A model generated the notes under the pieces. That model made no database searches, was not told the origin of the DNA, and saw nothing but the letters and a program-made list of their open reading frames with translations. 64,000 nucleotides of DNA, from positions 1,505,887 to 1,569,886 of the forward strand of contig OZ246394.1 of NCBI GenBank assembly GCA_965230895.1, in the 5' to 3' direction. Shown piece after piece: positions 10,417 to 20,292 of the stretch (positions are counted from its first letter, which is position 1; the number at the start of each line of letters is the position of its first letter). Source of the stretch: an uncultured Gammaproteobacteria bacterium. Lineage in GTDB: Bacteria; Patescibacteriota; Microgenomatia; Levybacterales; UBA12049. Position numbers and translations under genes: made by a program.

Positions 10417-10971
10417 ATGTATACTAAAGACATGCCTGAAGCCTCATTTAATCCAGAATCACTTGCATACGTTGAGGGGCCGAAAAAGAAACGTTTTCGG
10501 TTGCCGCTACCAAGTAAAAAATCAATAGTCATTCTCTCTATTTTTGTTGTCGGTATTGCAATCGGTGCAGGCGGAATATTTGGTTATCTCCATTTTAAAA
10601 AAACTCCTGCACCCGTTGCAGAACAACTTCCAGATAATCAGCCACCGCAAGCAGTACTTGGTTTGATTGAAACGGTTGAGAAAAAAATTCCTAACATTCC
10701 CAAAAATGAGATCCCTTCAGTAGCAACGATAAAAGATTTATCTGAGTTATCCGATCAAGAATTTCTTGAAGGGGCAAAAGTTGGAGATAGACTCATGATT
10801 TACTCAGCAGCGAAACTCGCTATCCTATACCGTCCAAGTACCAATGAAGTTATCCGGCAAGGCCCAGTTGAAATTATCGGTGAAGCAAGTGGAGAAGACA
10901 CAGCTTCTTCCTCGTCAGCTGTCCTTTCCGCGTCAGATTCCGCAGTACCTGCTCTACGAATCAAATACTAA
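10417..10971 (+). CDS. Membrane-anchored hypothetical protein (CPR-type)
   Basis: 184-aa ORF 13 nt after the giant gene; single TM; 'P.NE.PSVATI.D...AKVGD...IY...AILYRPS' region. Confidence 0.75.
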   Translation: MYTKDMPEASFNPESLAYVEGPKKKRFRLPLPSKKSIVILSIFVVGIAIGAGGIFGYLHFKKTPAPVAEQLPDNQPPQAVLGLIETVEKKIPNIPKNEIPSVATIKDLSELSDQEFLEGAKVGDRLMIYSAAKLAILYRPSTNEVIRQGPVEIIGEASGEDTASSSSAVLSASDSAVPALRIKY

Positions 10972-10996
10972 GGAAAGGAGTATAATACAACCAATT

Positions 10997-11069
10997 GCCG
11001 TCGTAGCTCAATGGATAGAGCAGTCCCGTCCTAAGGGAAAGGTTGGAGGTTCGATTCCTCTCGACGGTA
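10997..11069 (+). tRNA. tRNA-Arg (anticodon CCT)
   Basis: Acceptor stem GCCGTCG/CGACGGT; D-arm TAGCTCAATGGATAGAGC; anticodon loop GT-CCT-AA within a TCCC/GGGA stem; T-loop GGTTCGATTCC; CCA not encoded; TATAAT upstream. Confidence 0.93.
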
Positions 11070-11238
11070 CAAAATATAATCTTGGATCACTTCTCTGGTA
11101 TCTCTGTAAGCCCTTGAACGCTTCTTTAAGATATGTAGACTATCAAAAATGGGTGATTAGTTAGCTCAGCAATTTGTCAGGTTTGTCATCCATTTCAGTG
11201 CCATTTATTGTATATTGCAGAAAAGGAGGTGATGACTT

Positions 11239-11535
11239 ATGGCAAGAGTAGAGCAAAGTAGCAGTCGGGCAGCACAAATTGCGGCTGGATTCGCGCTTGA
11301 TCATGAACTTCAACTTGGTACTGTTGCTGCTGATCGGGCAGCGCTTAACCGCCGACTTTTTGATGAAGCAGCAAAAGGTCTCGAAAATACACTTGTGGAG
11401 ATAGAAGTGGCAACAAGAACCACAATGGTTGCAGAACTTGGAGTCAGAACAACAAGAGAAATTGTTCGTGAAGAGATATTCCCAACAGCATCTATTAAAG
11501 GAAGATCGCGTGAAGCATTAAAAGGAATGCGTTAA
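11239..11535 (+). CDS. Hypothetical protein
   Basis: 98-aa ORF preceded by a strong SD (AAGGAGGTGA) in an otherwise empty gap. Confidence 0.65.
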   Translation: MARVEQSSSRAAQIAAGFALDHELQLGTVAADRAALNRRLFDEAAKGLENTLVEIEVATRTTMVAELGVRTTREIVREEIFPTASIKGRSREALKGMR

Positions 11536-11570
11536 AGACAGAAAAATTGGCTTTCATGTATAATCCAACC

Positions 11571-12311
11571 ATGAAACGGCAGGAAGCAATTCGATTTATC
11601 GCACTCAGAAGTTTGGGTAATTTTTTAGTGCTATTTAGTCTCTATGGAGTTGGGGCAACTTTTGGCCCGGCAATCACAGAGCAAATAAAGTATGCAATCA
11701 TCCAAACCCGTGGTATTGAATTTACCGTGCAGGCAAATACTCCTCGTTCGAATTCAGATGCTTCTTCATCTTCTCAAATTTCCACTCCACAAGATCCACA
11801 AGATACGATTGGACGGGATTTAGGTTTTTCAGATATCCTTGCAGGACAACAGCAGCAAATCTTGACACCAAAAGATCCACAATTTAGTATTTTGATACCA
11901 AAAATAGGTGCGTCCTCAAAAGTCTACCCGAATGTCGATCCTGAAAACAAGGATGAATTCCTTCCAGTGCTTCAGCATGGAGTCGCGCATGCGAAAGGGA
12001 GTGTTTTCCCCGGTTACCCAGGTAATACCTATCTCTTTGCTCATTCTGCAGATAACTGGTGGGATGTAGGCCGCTACAATGCGGTATTTTATACACTCAA
12101 TAATCTTTCTGAAAACGATGAGATTGTCGTATTCTTTGAGAATAGGAGATATGATTATGTGGTGAAGCAAAAGCTCGTGGCTGATCCCAATGATGTAACA
12201 TACTTAACGAACAAGCATGAGGGGCAACATAAACTCGTTCTGCAGACATGTTGGCCGCCAGGAACCACATGGAAGCGGCTCTATATTGTGGCTGATCCGA
12301 AGTCTATTTAA
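11571..12311 (+). CDS. Sortase family protein
   Basis: N-terminal TM; catalytic triad motifs 'LFAHS', 'LQTCWPPG' and 'WKRLY'. Start moved to ATG 11571, which has TATAAT 6 nt upstream. Confidence 0.88.
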   Translation: MKRQEAIRFIALRSLGNFLVLFSLYGVGATFGPAITEQIKYAIIQTRGIEFTVQANTPRSNSDASSSSQISTPQDPQDTIGRDLGFSDILAGQQQQILTPKDPQFSILIPKIGASSKVYPNVDPENKDEFLPVLQHGVAHAKGSVFPGYPGNTYLFAHSADNWWDVGRYNAVFYTLNNLSENDEIVVFFENRRYDYVVKQKLVADPNDVTYLTNKHEGQHKLVLQTCWPPGTTWKRLYIVADPKSI

Positions 12312-13626
12312 GTCCAATAGAGTAAAGTGTGGGAGCAATACCTTGGTTATTAAAGTTTGTTAGCATAACTAGCTTTGTCCCGTCAGGCCAAGGATAGACA
12401 TAATCTTCAACAAATGGACCAGCGTACAGCGTTGTTAAATTCGATCCATCGTGCTCGATAACCTGGATTTGCTTATTGTTAACATATAAAAGATGGAGTG
12501 AATCAGGGAACCATGTCAGTGGAGATGGACACTTACCGAAGACTTCACACTTGCAATTTTCAGAGGTAAGTGTACACAGTTTATCTGTTTTTTCGAGTAC
12601 TCTTGTATTCACGTCTTCCTTGATGTTGTAGACATAAATTGCACCTTCTTCAAGGTCCCTTCGCTCATAAAGAAGATTATTGCCAATTAGCCTTGGTTTC
12701 TTAAAAACAGGCATCTCTGCTGAAGCTGTTGCTTGATAAAGGATTTTATTGTCATCCGGTGACCAAGAAAGAATTCTCATGTTTTTTTGTGAGAACTTCT
12801 GTACGTCTGATTTGAGTGATTTTAACTGTGCAAGTTCTTTGTCCGATCGCTGCTGCTCCCAAAGTTCAAGTGTTGAAGTATATGTCGCGGTGATATCCTG
12901 TGGTGCTTCGTTCATTCTGTCTGCAGCAAGGAGGTAATACGCTGGCGCTCCACCTGGAGTTGCAGAAATGCTTGCCATGATTTGCTTTCCATCAGGAGAC
13001 CAAGCTAATTGTGCTTGAGAGAAAAGGTCTACAGTATCATCAGCAATTTGAGTAGCTGAACTTTGGCCGGCAAGTACTGGGAAGTTTCTTGCAGTCATAT
13101 CAAAGACATAAACACCATTTCTTCGGGCTGAATTTGAAGCGATATTGAAGGCAAGTTTGGTTCCAGTAGGATCAATAAAAGTCGATTGGATGCCAAAGGT
13201 TGAAATGCTCTGGAGTGTTGGTGCTTTGGGGAAGAGCGTAGCATCTGCATTATCAACAACTTCTTTTTGGATTTCAAAATCCTTTTGCCAATCATGATAG
13301 CCTTCTTTTGCAATTTTGATCTTGTACTTGCCTGGAGTTAAGTTGAGTTTATCGTTTGTCGATGTTGTAGGATTTGGTCTGTCATTTACAAAGACTTGTG
13401 CTCCAGTCGGGTTACTTGTTAAGTTAATAATTCCGGTTTTTGAAAGCTGAGGATTTCCTTCTTGGACAAATAGTCGATAGCCTTTCCCATAGAGAATTAC
13501 TCCGGCAGTGGCAGCAATAAGAAAAAGAAAAACCAACGATGAAACGAGAAACTGTCTTTTTGCTGAATGCTGTGGGTGGTCATCCGGAACGGATGGCTTC
13601 TTAATTTTGAGAAGCGGTTTCTTCAT
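12304..13626 (-). CDS. PEGA domain protein with C-terminal beta-propeller (TolB/WD40-like) repeats
   Basis: TM anchor; 'SNPTGAQVFVN...LTPGKYKIKIAKEGYHDW' PEGA signature; repeated WSPDG/WFPDS motifs. Confidence 0.85.
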   Translation of the reverse strand: MKKPLLKIKKPSVPDDHPQHSAKRQFLVSSLVFLFLIAATAGVILYGKGYRLFVQEGNPQLSKTGIINLTSNPTGAQVFVNDRPNPTTSTNDKLNLTPGKYKIKIAKEGYHDWQKDFEIQKEVVDNADATLFPKAPTLQSISTFGIQSTFIDPTGTKLAFNIASNSARRNGVYVFDMTARNFPVLAGQSSATQIADDTVDLFSQAQLAWSPDGKQIMASISATPGGAPAYYLLAADRMNEAPQDITATYTSTLELWEQQRSDKELAQLKSLKSDVQKFSQKNMRILSWSPDDNKILYQATASAEMPVFKKPRLIGNNLLYERRDLEEGAIYVYNIKEDVNTRVLEKTDKLCTLTSENCKCEVFGKCPSPLTWFPDSLHLLYVNNKQIQVIEHDGSNLTTLYAGPFVEDYVYPWPDGTKLVMLTNFNNQGIAPTLYSIGLK

Positions 13627-13796
13627 AATCCTATTAAATCAGATTATAAACCCGGAAACTAGTCCTTGCAACTAAATAACACGTTGTTATAATCATTTTA
13701 TTGCAAAATAACGATCAAATGATATAGATAGTATATCTTTTGATATGTTTGTAATTTGCATTTTTTGTCTATAACTTTTATTATCACTTAAGTCTT

Positions 13797-14828
13797 ATGT
13801 TTTCATTTGCAATTCCTTCAAGTAAGAGAATCGGAATAGATCTTGGTACCGCCAATACACTCGTTTATGTTGTTGGAGAAGGAATTGTCCTCAATGAACC
13901 TACTGTTGTTGCTGTTACAGCTGAAGAGAATCGAGTTGTTGCGGTTGGTAAAGAAGCCAAAGAAATGCTCGGTCGCACCCCTGGAAATGTAACCGCTCTC
14001 AGACCATTACGGGATGGGGTTGTAGCAGATTACACAATTACGGAAGCTATGCTCTCATATTTCATCGATAAGGTTTGTGGTAAAACACGGTTCATTAAGC
14101 CTGAAGTGATGGTTTGTATTCCTTCAGGAGTTACACAGGTCGAACGCCGTGCCGTTTTGGATGCAACCATGTCTGCCGGAGCAAAGGTAGCATATTTGAT
14201 TGATGAACCTTTGGCTGCGGCCATTGGTGCAAAGATTCCGATTGCTCAAGCTGCTGGTCATATGATTGTCAATATTGGTGGAGGTTCTACTGAGTCCGCA
14301 GTTATCTCTTTAGGTGGTGTTGTGGTTCATAGCTCAGTTCGAGTTGCTGGAAACAAGATTGATGAGTCAATTGCAGCCTACATCAAAAAGAAGTTTAACT
14401 TGTTAGTAGGTGAGACCACAGCCGAAAGTATTAAAATTCAAATTGGGAATGCAGTTCCAGAAGAAAACAAGAAGGAAGCAAAGAATATGGAAGTCCGAGG
14501 CCGAGATACTATTACTGGCTTGCCAAGGACAGTTGTTCTTGATGAGGTCCAGATAAACGAAGCAATTAAACCTTCATTGTTAGAAATCGTTAAAGGTGTT
14601 AAAGAGGTTCTTGAGCAGTGTCCACCAGAGCTTGCTTCAGATATTATTGATAAGGGAATTGTTATGTCAGGCGGAACATCACTTCTCACGAACTTTGACA
14701 AGCTTATGACTCAAATGACTGGAGTCCCTTGTCATATAGCTGAAGATGCGTTGCTTTGTGTAGCTAGGGGAACAGGCGTAGCAATGGAGAATATTGAGCT
14801 TTACAAACGGTCGATAAATAGGCGATAA
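13797..14828 (+). CDS. mreB: Rod shape-determining protein MreB
   Basis: 'IGIDLGTANT', 'EPLAAAIGA', 'PPELASDIIDKGIVMSGG' motifs. Confidence 0.96.
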   Translation: MFSFAIPSSKRIGIDLGTANTLVYVVGEGIVLNEPTVVAVTAEENRVVAVGKEAKEMLGRTPGNVTALRPLRDGVVADYTITEAMLSYFIDKVCGKTRFIKPEVMVCIPSGVTQVERRAVLDATMSAGAKVAYLIDEPLAAAIGAKIPIAQAAGHMIVNIGGGSTESAVISLGGVVVHSSVRVAGNKIDESIAAYIKKKFNLLVGETTAESIKIQIGNAVPEENKKEAKNMEVRGRDTITGLPRTVVLDEVQINEAIKPSLLEIVKGVKEVLEQCPPELASDIIDKGIVMSGGTSLLTNFDKLMTQMTGVPCHIAEDALLCVARGTGVAMENIELYKRSINRR

Positions 14829-15060
14829 TATCCTGTATATATTATTTTTTGAGACAAGAAAGGTAATTTATTTCTTTTCAATTTAAATCCTTTTCACAAA
14901 AGATTACGTATTATAATATTAAGAGTGATTTTCTGACAGTAAAAATGATATTTTAGGCTTAAATTATAGAAAGTGTATGGACAAATAGAGAATATTATTT
15001 TTACTCAAAATAGTAATTTTGCAACCATTTGAAATAATTAATTTAGATCTATAGTAGACT

Positions 15061-15786
15061 GTGAAAAATATAAATAAACAATATCTTCTTGGAGTAGGCA
15101 TTACGAATGCACCGACCTCAGCTATCCTGGAGCAAGTGATCCATCTTTTGCATGAAGGGAAGAAACAGTTCTTTATCGTTACTCCAAATCCTGAAATCCT
15201 TGTTTACGCACAATCTAATTTGGATTACAAAGACAAGCTAAACTCTGCAGATATTTCCTTGGCTGATGGAGTGGGTCTCCTTATTGCAAGTCGACTCTTG
15301 GGTGGGACTATAACACAACGCACAACAGGCGTGGACTTTATCGAAAAGCTGTGTAAAGTTAGTCGTGAAAAGCCTTTATCCATGGGATTTCTGGGAGGTA
15401 GAGGTGGTGTGGCAGAGAAAGCTGCTGAGTGCTTGAAGCTGAAATACCCTTGGATTGATGTTGTTTTCACAGGAGAATCATGGCCAACTCAAGGCGTGAA
15501 AAATAGTAAAAAGATTGATATTTTATTTGTTGCTTACGGATTTCCTAAGCAAGAGAATTGGATCTCAGATAATCTTGAAAAGTTGCCGGTTAAAGCTGCA
15601 ATGGGTGTCGGCGGAGCATTTGACTATATAAGTGGTGCTGTACCTCGAGCTCCAAAAGCAATGCGGGCATTAGGTTTGGAATGGCTGTTCCGATTAACGG
15701 TACAGCCTTGGCGATGGAAAAGGCAACTTGCTTTACCTCAATTCCTTCTCCTTGTTTTACAAGAAAGATTATTCTCATCAAAGTGA
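15061..15786 (+). CDS. WecB/TagA/CpsF family glycosyltransferase
   Basis: 'VTPNPE', 'ADGVG', 'GFPKQE', 'GVGGAFD...RAP...GLEWLFRL' motifs. Confidence 0.92.
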   Translation: MKNINKQYLLGVGITNAPTSAILEQVIHLLHEGKKQFFIVTPNPEILVYAQSNLDYKDKLNSADISLADGVGLLIASRLLGGTITQRTTGVDFIEKLCKVSREKPLSMGFLGGRGGVAEKAAECLKLKYPWIDVVFTGESWPTQGVKNSKKIDILFVAYGFPKQENWISDNLEKLPVKAAMGVGGAFDYISGAVPRAPKAMRALGLEWLFRLTVQPWRWKRQLALPQFLLLVLQERLFSSK

Positions 15787-15908
15787 TAACATCAGTCACA
15801 AAATGAGGCTAGAAGCTCTGCCGTACTCTTACTTTATCCTTACCAAAAACTCAGGAAAAAGTTTACATAACAACACGATAATGGTCTTTACTCTCAGCAG
15901 TAACATTT

Positions 15909-17135
15909 ATGAAAATCTTATATCTTTTTAACTTTCCACTTTATGGTAACGGCAGCGCAAGTTTCCTTCGGGAACTCAGTGCTCAATTAAAAGATAAGCA
16001 TGAAATTGCTATTCTTTCTCCTGATAAAAGAAAACTTGATGGAGTCAAACACTTTGTTGTGAGAGCACCACAAGATGGAGTATTTGTCGGACATCCTGAA
16101 ATGCCTGGAGCAAAAAAATTCAAGGATATGGACGGCCGTGAAATCGGGGAAATCTATACTACATACTTATGGTCAACAATTCAGGCAGTGAATGAATTTA
16201 AGCCAGATGTGATTCATGCTTTCCATACAGCATATCTGCCAAGTATTGCACGATTGATCAAATCCTTTTATGGAACAAAATATATTATTACTACACATGG
16301 AAGTGATCTCAGTTACTTTGAGCAAGACAAACGATTTGCTGGCCTTATGAAAGATGCAAATCGAGAAGCACGATTTATTACAGCGTGTAGCGACTTTACA
16401 AAGAAATGGTATACAAGAATGTTTGGCGAAGCGTTAAAGCGAAAGACTTCAACAATCGTAGGTGGTGTAAACTTAGATCATTATAAAAAAGATCCAGAGC
16501 AAATTGCCAAAATTAACGATATGTTTGGTCTTCACGGCAAGAAAGTAGTTTTGTTTACCGGCCGCTTAACCAAGCATAAGGGTGTATCATACCTCATTCG
16601 AGCAGCTAAAAATATAAATGGTACAGTCTTAGTTGTAGGAGACGGACCTGAACGAGCTAATCTTGAAGCGGAAATTAAAAAACATAAGCTTACAAATGTC
16701 ATCATGGCTGGTTACATCGCAAACAAGGAGCCATACTATCATGCTTTTTATGAACGCGCAGATGTGTATGTCGCTCCAAGTACGTGGGATGAGCCTCTTG
16801 GATTAACTATTATTGAGGCTATGGCGGCACATACTCCAGTTGTGGCGACCAAAAAGGGTGGTATCTTGTCAATTATCAATGACAAAGTAAATGGCTTCCT
16901 TATTCCTTCAAGAAACGCAAGTGCAATTGCCGAAAACGTCAATATGCTTTTGGATAATGACCGGCTTCGAGCTCAAATTGGTGCTCATGCCTATGCGACA
17001 GTTGAAGACAAGTTTAGTTGGAGCAAGATTGCTAAAAAGTTTGAAAAGCAATATGAGGAGCTTGTAGGAAAGAACTGGAAGAGGGAAGTATTGCCAATCG
17101 AAAAATTCTTCAACTGGGTCTTCGCAAGAAATTGA
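15909..17135 (+). CDS. Glycosyltransferase family 4 protein
   Basis: 'TTHGSD', 'GRLTKHKG', 'EPLGLTIIEAMA' GT-B motifs. Confidence 0.92.
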   Translation: MKILYLFNFPLYGNGSASFLRELSAQLKDKHEIAILSPDKRKLDGVKHFVVRAPQDGVFVGHPEMPGAKKFKDMDGREIGEIYTTYLWSTIQAVNEFKPDVIHAFHTAYLPSIARLIKSFYGTKYIITTHGSDLSYFEQDKRFAGLMKDANREARFITACSDFTKKWYTRMFGEALKRKTSTIVGGVNLDHYKKDPEQIAKINDMFGLHGKKVVLFTGRLTKHKGVSYLIRAAKNINGTVLVVGDGPERANLEAEIKKHKLTNVIMAGYIANKEPYYHAFYERADVYVAPSTWDEPLGLTIIEAMAAHTPVVATKKGGILSIINDKVNGFLIPSRNASAIAENVNMLLDNDRLRAQIGAHAYATVEDKFSWSKIAKKFEKQYEELVGKNWKREVLPIEKFFNWVFARN

Positions 17136-17177
17136 TCTACATGTACCCCTTACTTTATATTTTGATATAATTTGACT

Positions 17178-18191
17178 ATGAAAGAAAGGTTACCACTTCT
17201 AGTTTATGGACAAGGCCCTGTATTAAGCGAAAAGCCAGGTGAAATTGTCAGAATGACTGATAGCCTGTCTTTTCCATCTCGTACAAAACAGCCTCAAACC
17301 GATTCATCGCCATTTGATGGAAGAATGAACCGATGGGGAACTGAAGTTATAAAAGCTGGACGAGAATTATATCGAAAAGGCACAACTGATAGATTTGTAA
17401 TCATGGGAGGCAGAACCGATAAAGATAAAGCAATGGCAGCAGAATCTGAGTTGATTGGTAGAGGAATTGCTGAACCTTTTATGGGAGAGGATACTGTCCC
17501 AGTTATTGAAACTGAAAAAGACTCAAGTAATACCTTTGAAAATTTGGTGAATATTTGCAATCAAGTACTTGATCAACCTGATGGACCCGATAGAGTAGAT
17601 ATTATGGGAGCAACATTTCACCTTACTCGGATGAAAATTCTCACGAAGCTATTTGATATACAGTATAGAAATGTTATAGGCGCAAGTGATGTAATGCTTT
17701 ATTCCGCTCAAACAGCTGAAGCAATGGATCACGAAACAATAAATGAAGTTAATTTTAGGCACGATGGGAATGTCATTTATCACGATACAGGCTTGAAACG
17801 AGCCGTGAGTGATTTTAAAGATGAGAAGAGTAGCGCGCAAAAACGTGCAGAAGAAGACCTATGGACACGCGTACTTTTAACAGTCCCTGAATATTCAATG
17901 CCATACTTTGCAAGAATTGAAAATGATGATCGACTCGTGCGTATACTTCAAAATTTTGACACTCATTTTTTTCCAGAAACAGAAGAGGAGCCTTCCGCAC
18001 TTCAGAAGCACGGAATCAATTTAGCAGAGGATACACCGCAACAAATGAGAGAGAAATTAGCCTCAATTAAGCGTGATTTACCAGATGAAACTACGAGAGA
18101 CGAATGGATTGCTGAACAAAAACAGGGAATAGGGTGGCCTGAAGAAGTTGAAATGAAGTTCCAACAAGTTTTATATCCTCAAGCAGCATAA
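17178..18191 (+). CDS. YdcF/ElyC/SanA (DUF218)-like protein
   Basis: 'GQGPV', 'IMGGRT', 'ESELI', 'SSNTFEN', 'FHLTR' match the DUF218 motif order. ATG at 17178 lies 6 nt after TATAAT. Confidence 0.7.
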   Translation: MKERLPLLVYGQGPVLSEKPGEIVRMTDSLSFPSRTKQPQTDSSPFDGRMNRWGTEVIKAGRELYRKGTTDRFVIMGGRTDKDKAMAAESELIGRGIAEPFMGEDTVPVIETEKDSSNTFENLVNICNQVLDQPDGPDRVDIMGATFHLTRMKILTKLFDIQYRNVIGASDVMLYSAQTAEAMDHETINEVNFRHDGNVIYHDTGLKRAVSDFKDEKSSAQKRAEEDLWTRVLLTVPEYSMPYFARIENDDRLVRILQNFDTHFFPETEEEPSALQKHGINLAEDTPQQMREKLASIKRDLPDETTRDEWIAEQKQGIGWPEEVEMKFQQVLYPQAA

Positions 18192-18301
18192 TTAGCAACC
18201 TGCTTATGGTAAGCGATTGCCTCAGTTGATTGCTTTCTCTTATACAATTCTTACCTGGATTATATATAGTTCTTATTGCTGAGCTATAGAATTGATGAGT
18301 T

Positions 18302-19396
18302 ATGAAAATACTTTTAGTATCCTTATTAAAGCGAAAAATTAGTCCAGATCAGACGGCTTCAAGGCCAAGAATGATTTATGAGTTGGGAAAAGGGTTAATT
18401 GAGCGTGGTCATGAAATTACAATTCTTGGTACTGAAGACAGCGTTCTGCCTGGAGCAAGAATTATAGGCGTTATTCCAAAAGCATTTAATGAGCTTTCTA
18501 GCTTCGAAAATCCATTTTATGCGGAGACAAGTTACTTACTACAGCTTGAAAAGAAGCTTGAAGAGATTGCTCCTCAGTTCGATATAGTTCATAATCATAC
18601 GTATCCTGAATTCATTAATCTCATGGCTACTGAGGCTATTCAGACGCCAATGCTGACAACAGTTCATGCTCAAGCAACTCCAGAATTTGATACTGCGCTC
18701 AGTCTTTTCCCAAAAGCAAATCTTGTATCAATTTCTAAAGCTCACCAGGAAGGTTTTGTAAAATCAAAACCACAGCAAGTTATCTATAATGGCATCGACA
18801 CTTCGGTGTATAAATTTTCACAACAAAAAGAAGACTTTATGCTATGGATTGGAAGGTTGAGTAAGTCACAGAATTCTGACGGGTCATATATAGATCCCAA
18901 AGGTGTACGTCACGCAATTCAATTAGCGCGAGAAACCAATCAAAATTTGAAGCTTTCCGGAAATATTGAAGATATGAATTTCTTTAAAAAAGATGTTGAA
19001 CCGTTTTTAAATAACAAAATCCAATGGATTGGCGGAAAATCATCCGAGCAGCCGTTAACCAAAGATCACGTTGTGCAACTTATGCAATCAGCCAAAGCTT
19101 TTCTCATGACAATTAACTGGAATGAGCCTTTTGGGCTTGTAGTTGCTGAAGCAATGAGTTGTGGAACTCCAGTAATTGGATTCAAAAAAGGTGCAATTCC
19201 AGAGCTTATAGAAGATGGAAAAACCGGATTTTTGGTCGATTCTGAGGCTGGTATTGATGGGCTCAAGAATGCTCTAGAAAAGATTGATTCTATAGATCCA
19301 CATGATTGTCGTCAACACGTTGAAGAAAATTTTAGTATCGAAAAAATGATTGCTAACTACGAAAATGCTTACAAAAATCTCCAAAATCAGAAATAA
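18302..19396 (+). CDS. Glycosyltransferase family 4 protein
   Basis: 'IYNGID', 'EPFGLVVAEAMSCGTPVI', 'GKTGFLV' motifs. Confidence 0.92.
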   Translation: MKILLVSLLKRKISPDQTASRPRMIYELGKGLIERGHEITILGTEDSVLPGARIIGVIPKAFNELSSFENPFYAETSYLLQLEKKLEEIAPQFDIVHNHTYPEFINLMATEAIQTPMLTTVHAQATPEFDTALSLFPKANLVSISKAHQEGFVKSKPQQVIYNGIDTSVYKFSQQKEDFMLWIGRLSKSQNSDGSYIDPKGVRHAIQLARETNQNLKLSGNIEDMNFFKKDVEPFLNNKIQWIGGKSSEQPLTKDHVVQLMQSAKAFLMTINWNEPFGLVVAEAMSCGTPVIGFKKGAIPELIEDGKTGFLVDSEAGIDGLKNALEKIDSIDPHDCRQHVEENFSIEKMIANYENAYKNLQNQK

Positions 19397-20292
19397 TTTT
19401 TGCTAAATCCGCTTAAAGTGAAAATATTTTTTCTCAAATTGCGTAAAATAATTTTTATTTTTCTATGAAATCGAAAAACTTTTTTCTAAATTGCGTGATG
19501 TATTAAAAATAAATTTTCACTTTATAGTGATTCTTATAACGCGCATTTTTATGTTTTTAATAATTAAATTTCACAAATACATTTTCGGAGAAAATTTACG
19601 ATCAAATGTGAGCAATTTTATAAGTAAAGCGTCTGTTTCGGTCTTTTAATTTAACATTATTTATTAGTCAAAATAAATACTTATGAGCATATAATATGCA
19701 CATATAAAAATGATACTGCAAATCTGAATTGAAGAAGATTTAAGATTTCTATTTTCGCTTTAATATGCTGTATTAATGGATGCCAACTGTCCAAAAGAAA
19801 AAAAACTTGAAAATATAGCTGAGATTAATTATGATTTTTTTACATAATATTTTTTTCCGGATTTTTCTGCCCGGCTAGGTCTTTGCGGCCTAAAAAAAGC
19901 TCCAGCCATGAGATGTCAAAGATCAAATTTCTCATTATTGTGTGGATTTACTAGGAATTTTTTATTAATAGGGCTTCTAGAGGATTCTATGACATTTAAG
20001 GCTAAAAATGTTAATATTTTGAGGCTAGATTAACGTATTAATAAAAAATGGATAATTGGAAGGATATTCTTTTTTTAAATGAGTCTAATGCTTCCCAAAT
20101 AAAAAACCCAAAATTTCTTGCGTTAAATTGGTAATTTCACTATCGTAACAATCTAAACCTATCAAAAAAGTTCTGCAATATATAACGGCTGAGCTTGACA
20201 TCTATGATAGAAGGTATATAAAAGATAATGTAGTTGTTTTTTTTGAGGCTACTACGAATTTATTTTTAATTAAGGAGGTATTATCAGCAAAT

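Noticed and set aside
10844-11164. 106-aa ORF overlapping the tRNA
   Set aside because: Shadow ORF spanning tRNA-Arg and the end of the upstream gene.
19857-19935. Possible c-di-GMP-I riboswitch (GCAAAG and GGCCTAAA fragments)
   Set aside because: The fragments lie on opposite strands and the P2 GAAA tetraloop/receptor architecture is not evident; kept only as an unexplained structured island.
19397-20292. Possible replication origin
   Set aside because: Only degenerate DnaA-box-like words, no clustered TTATCCACA, and no dnaA/dnaN nearby.
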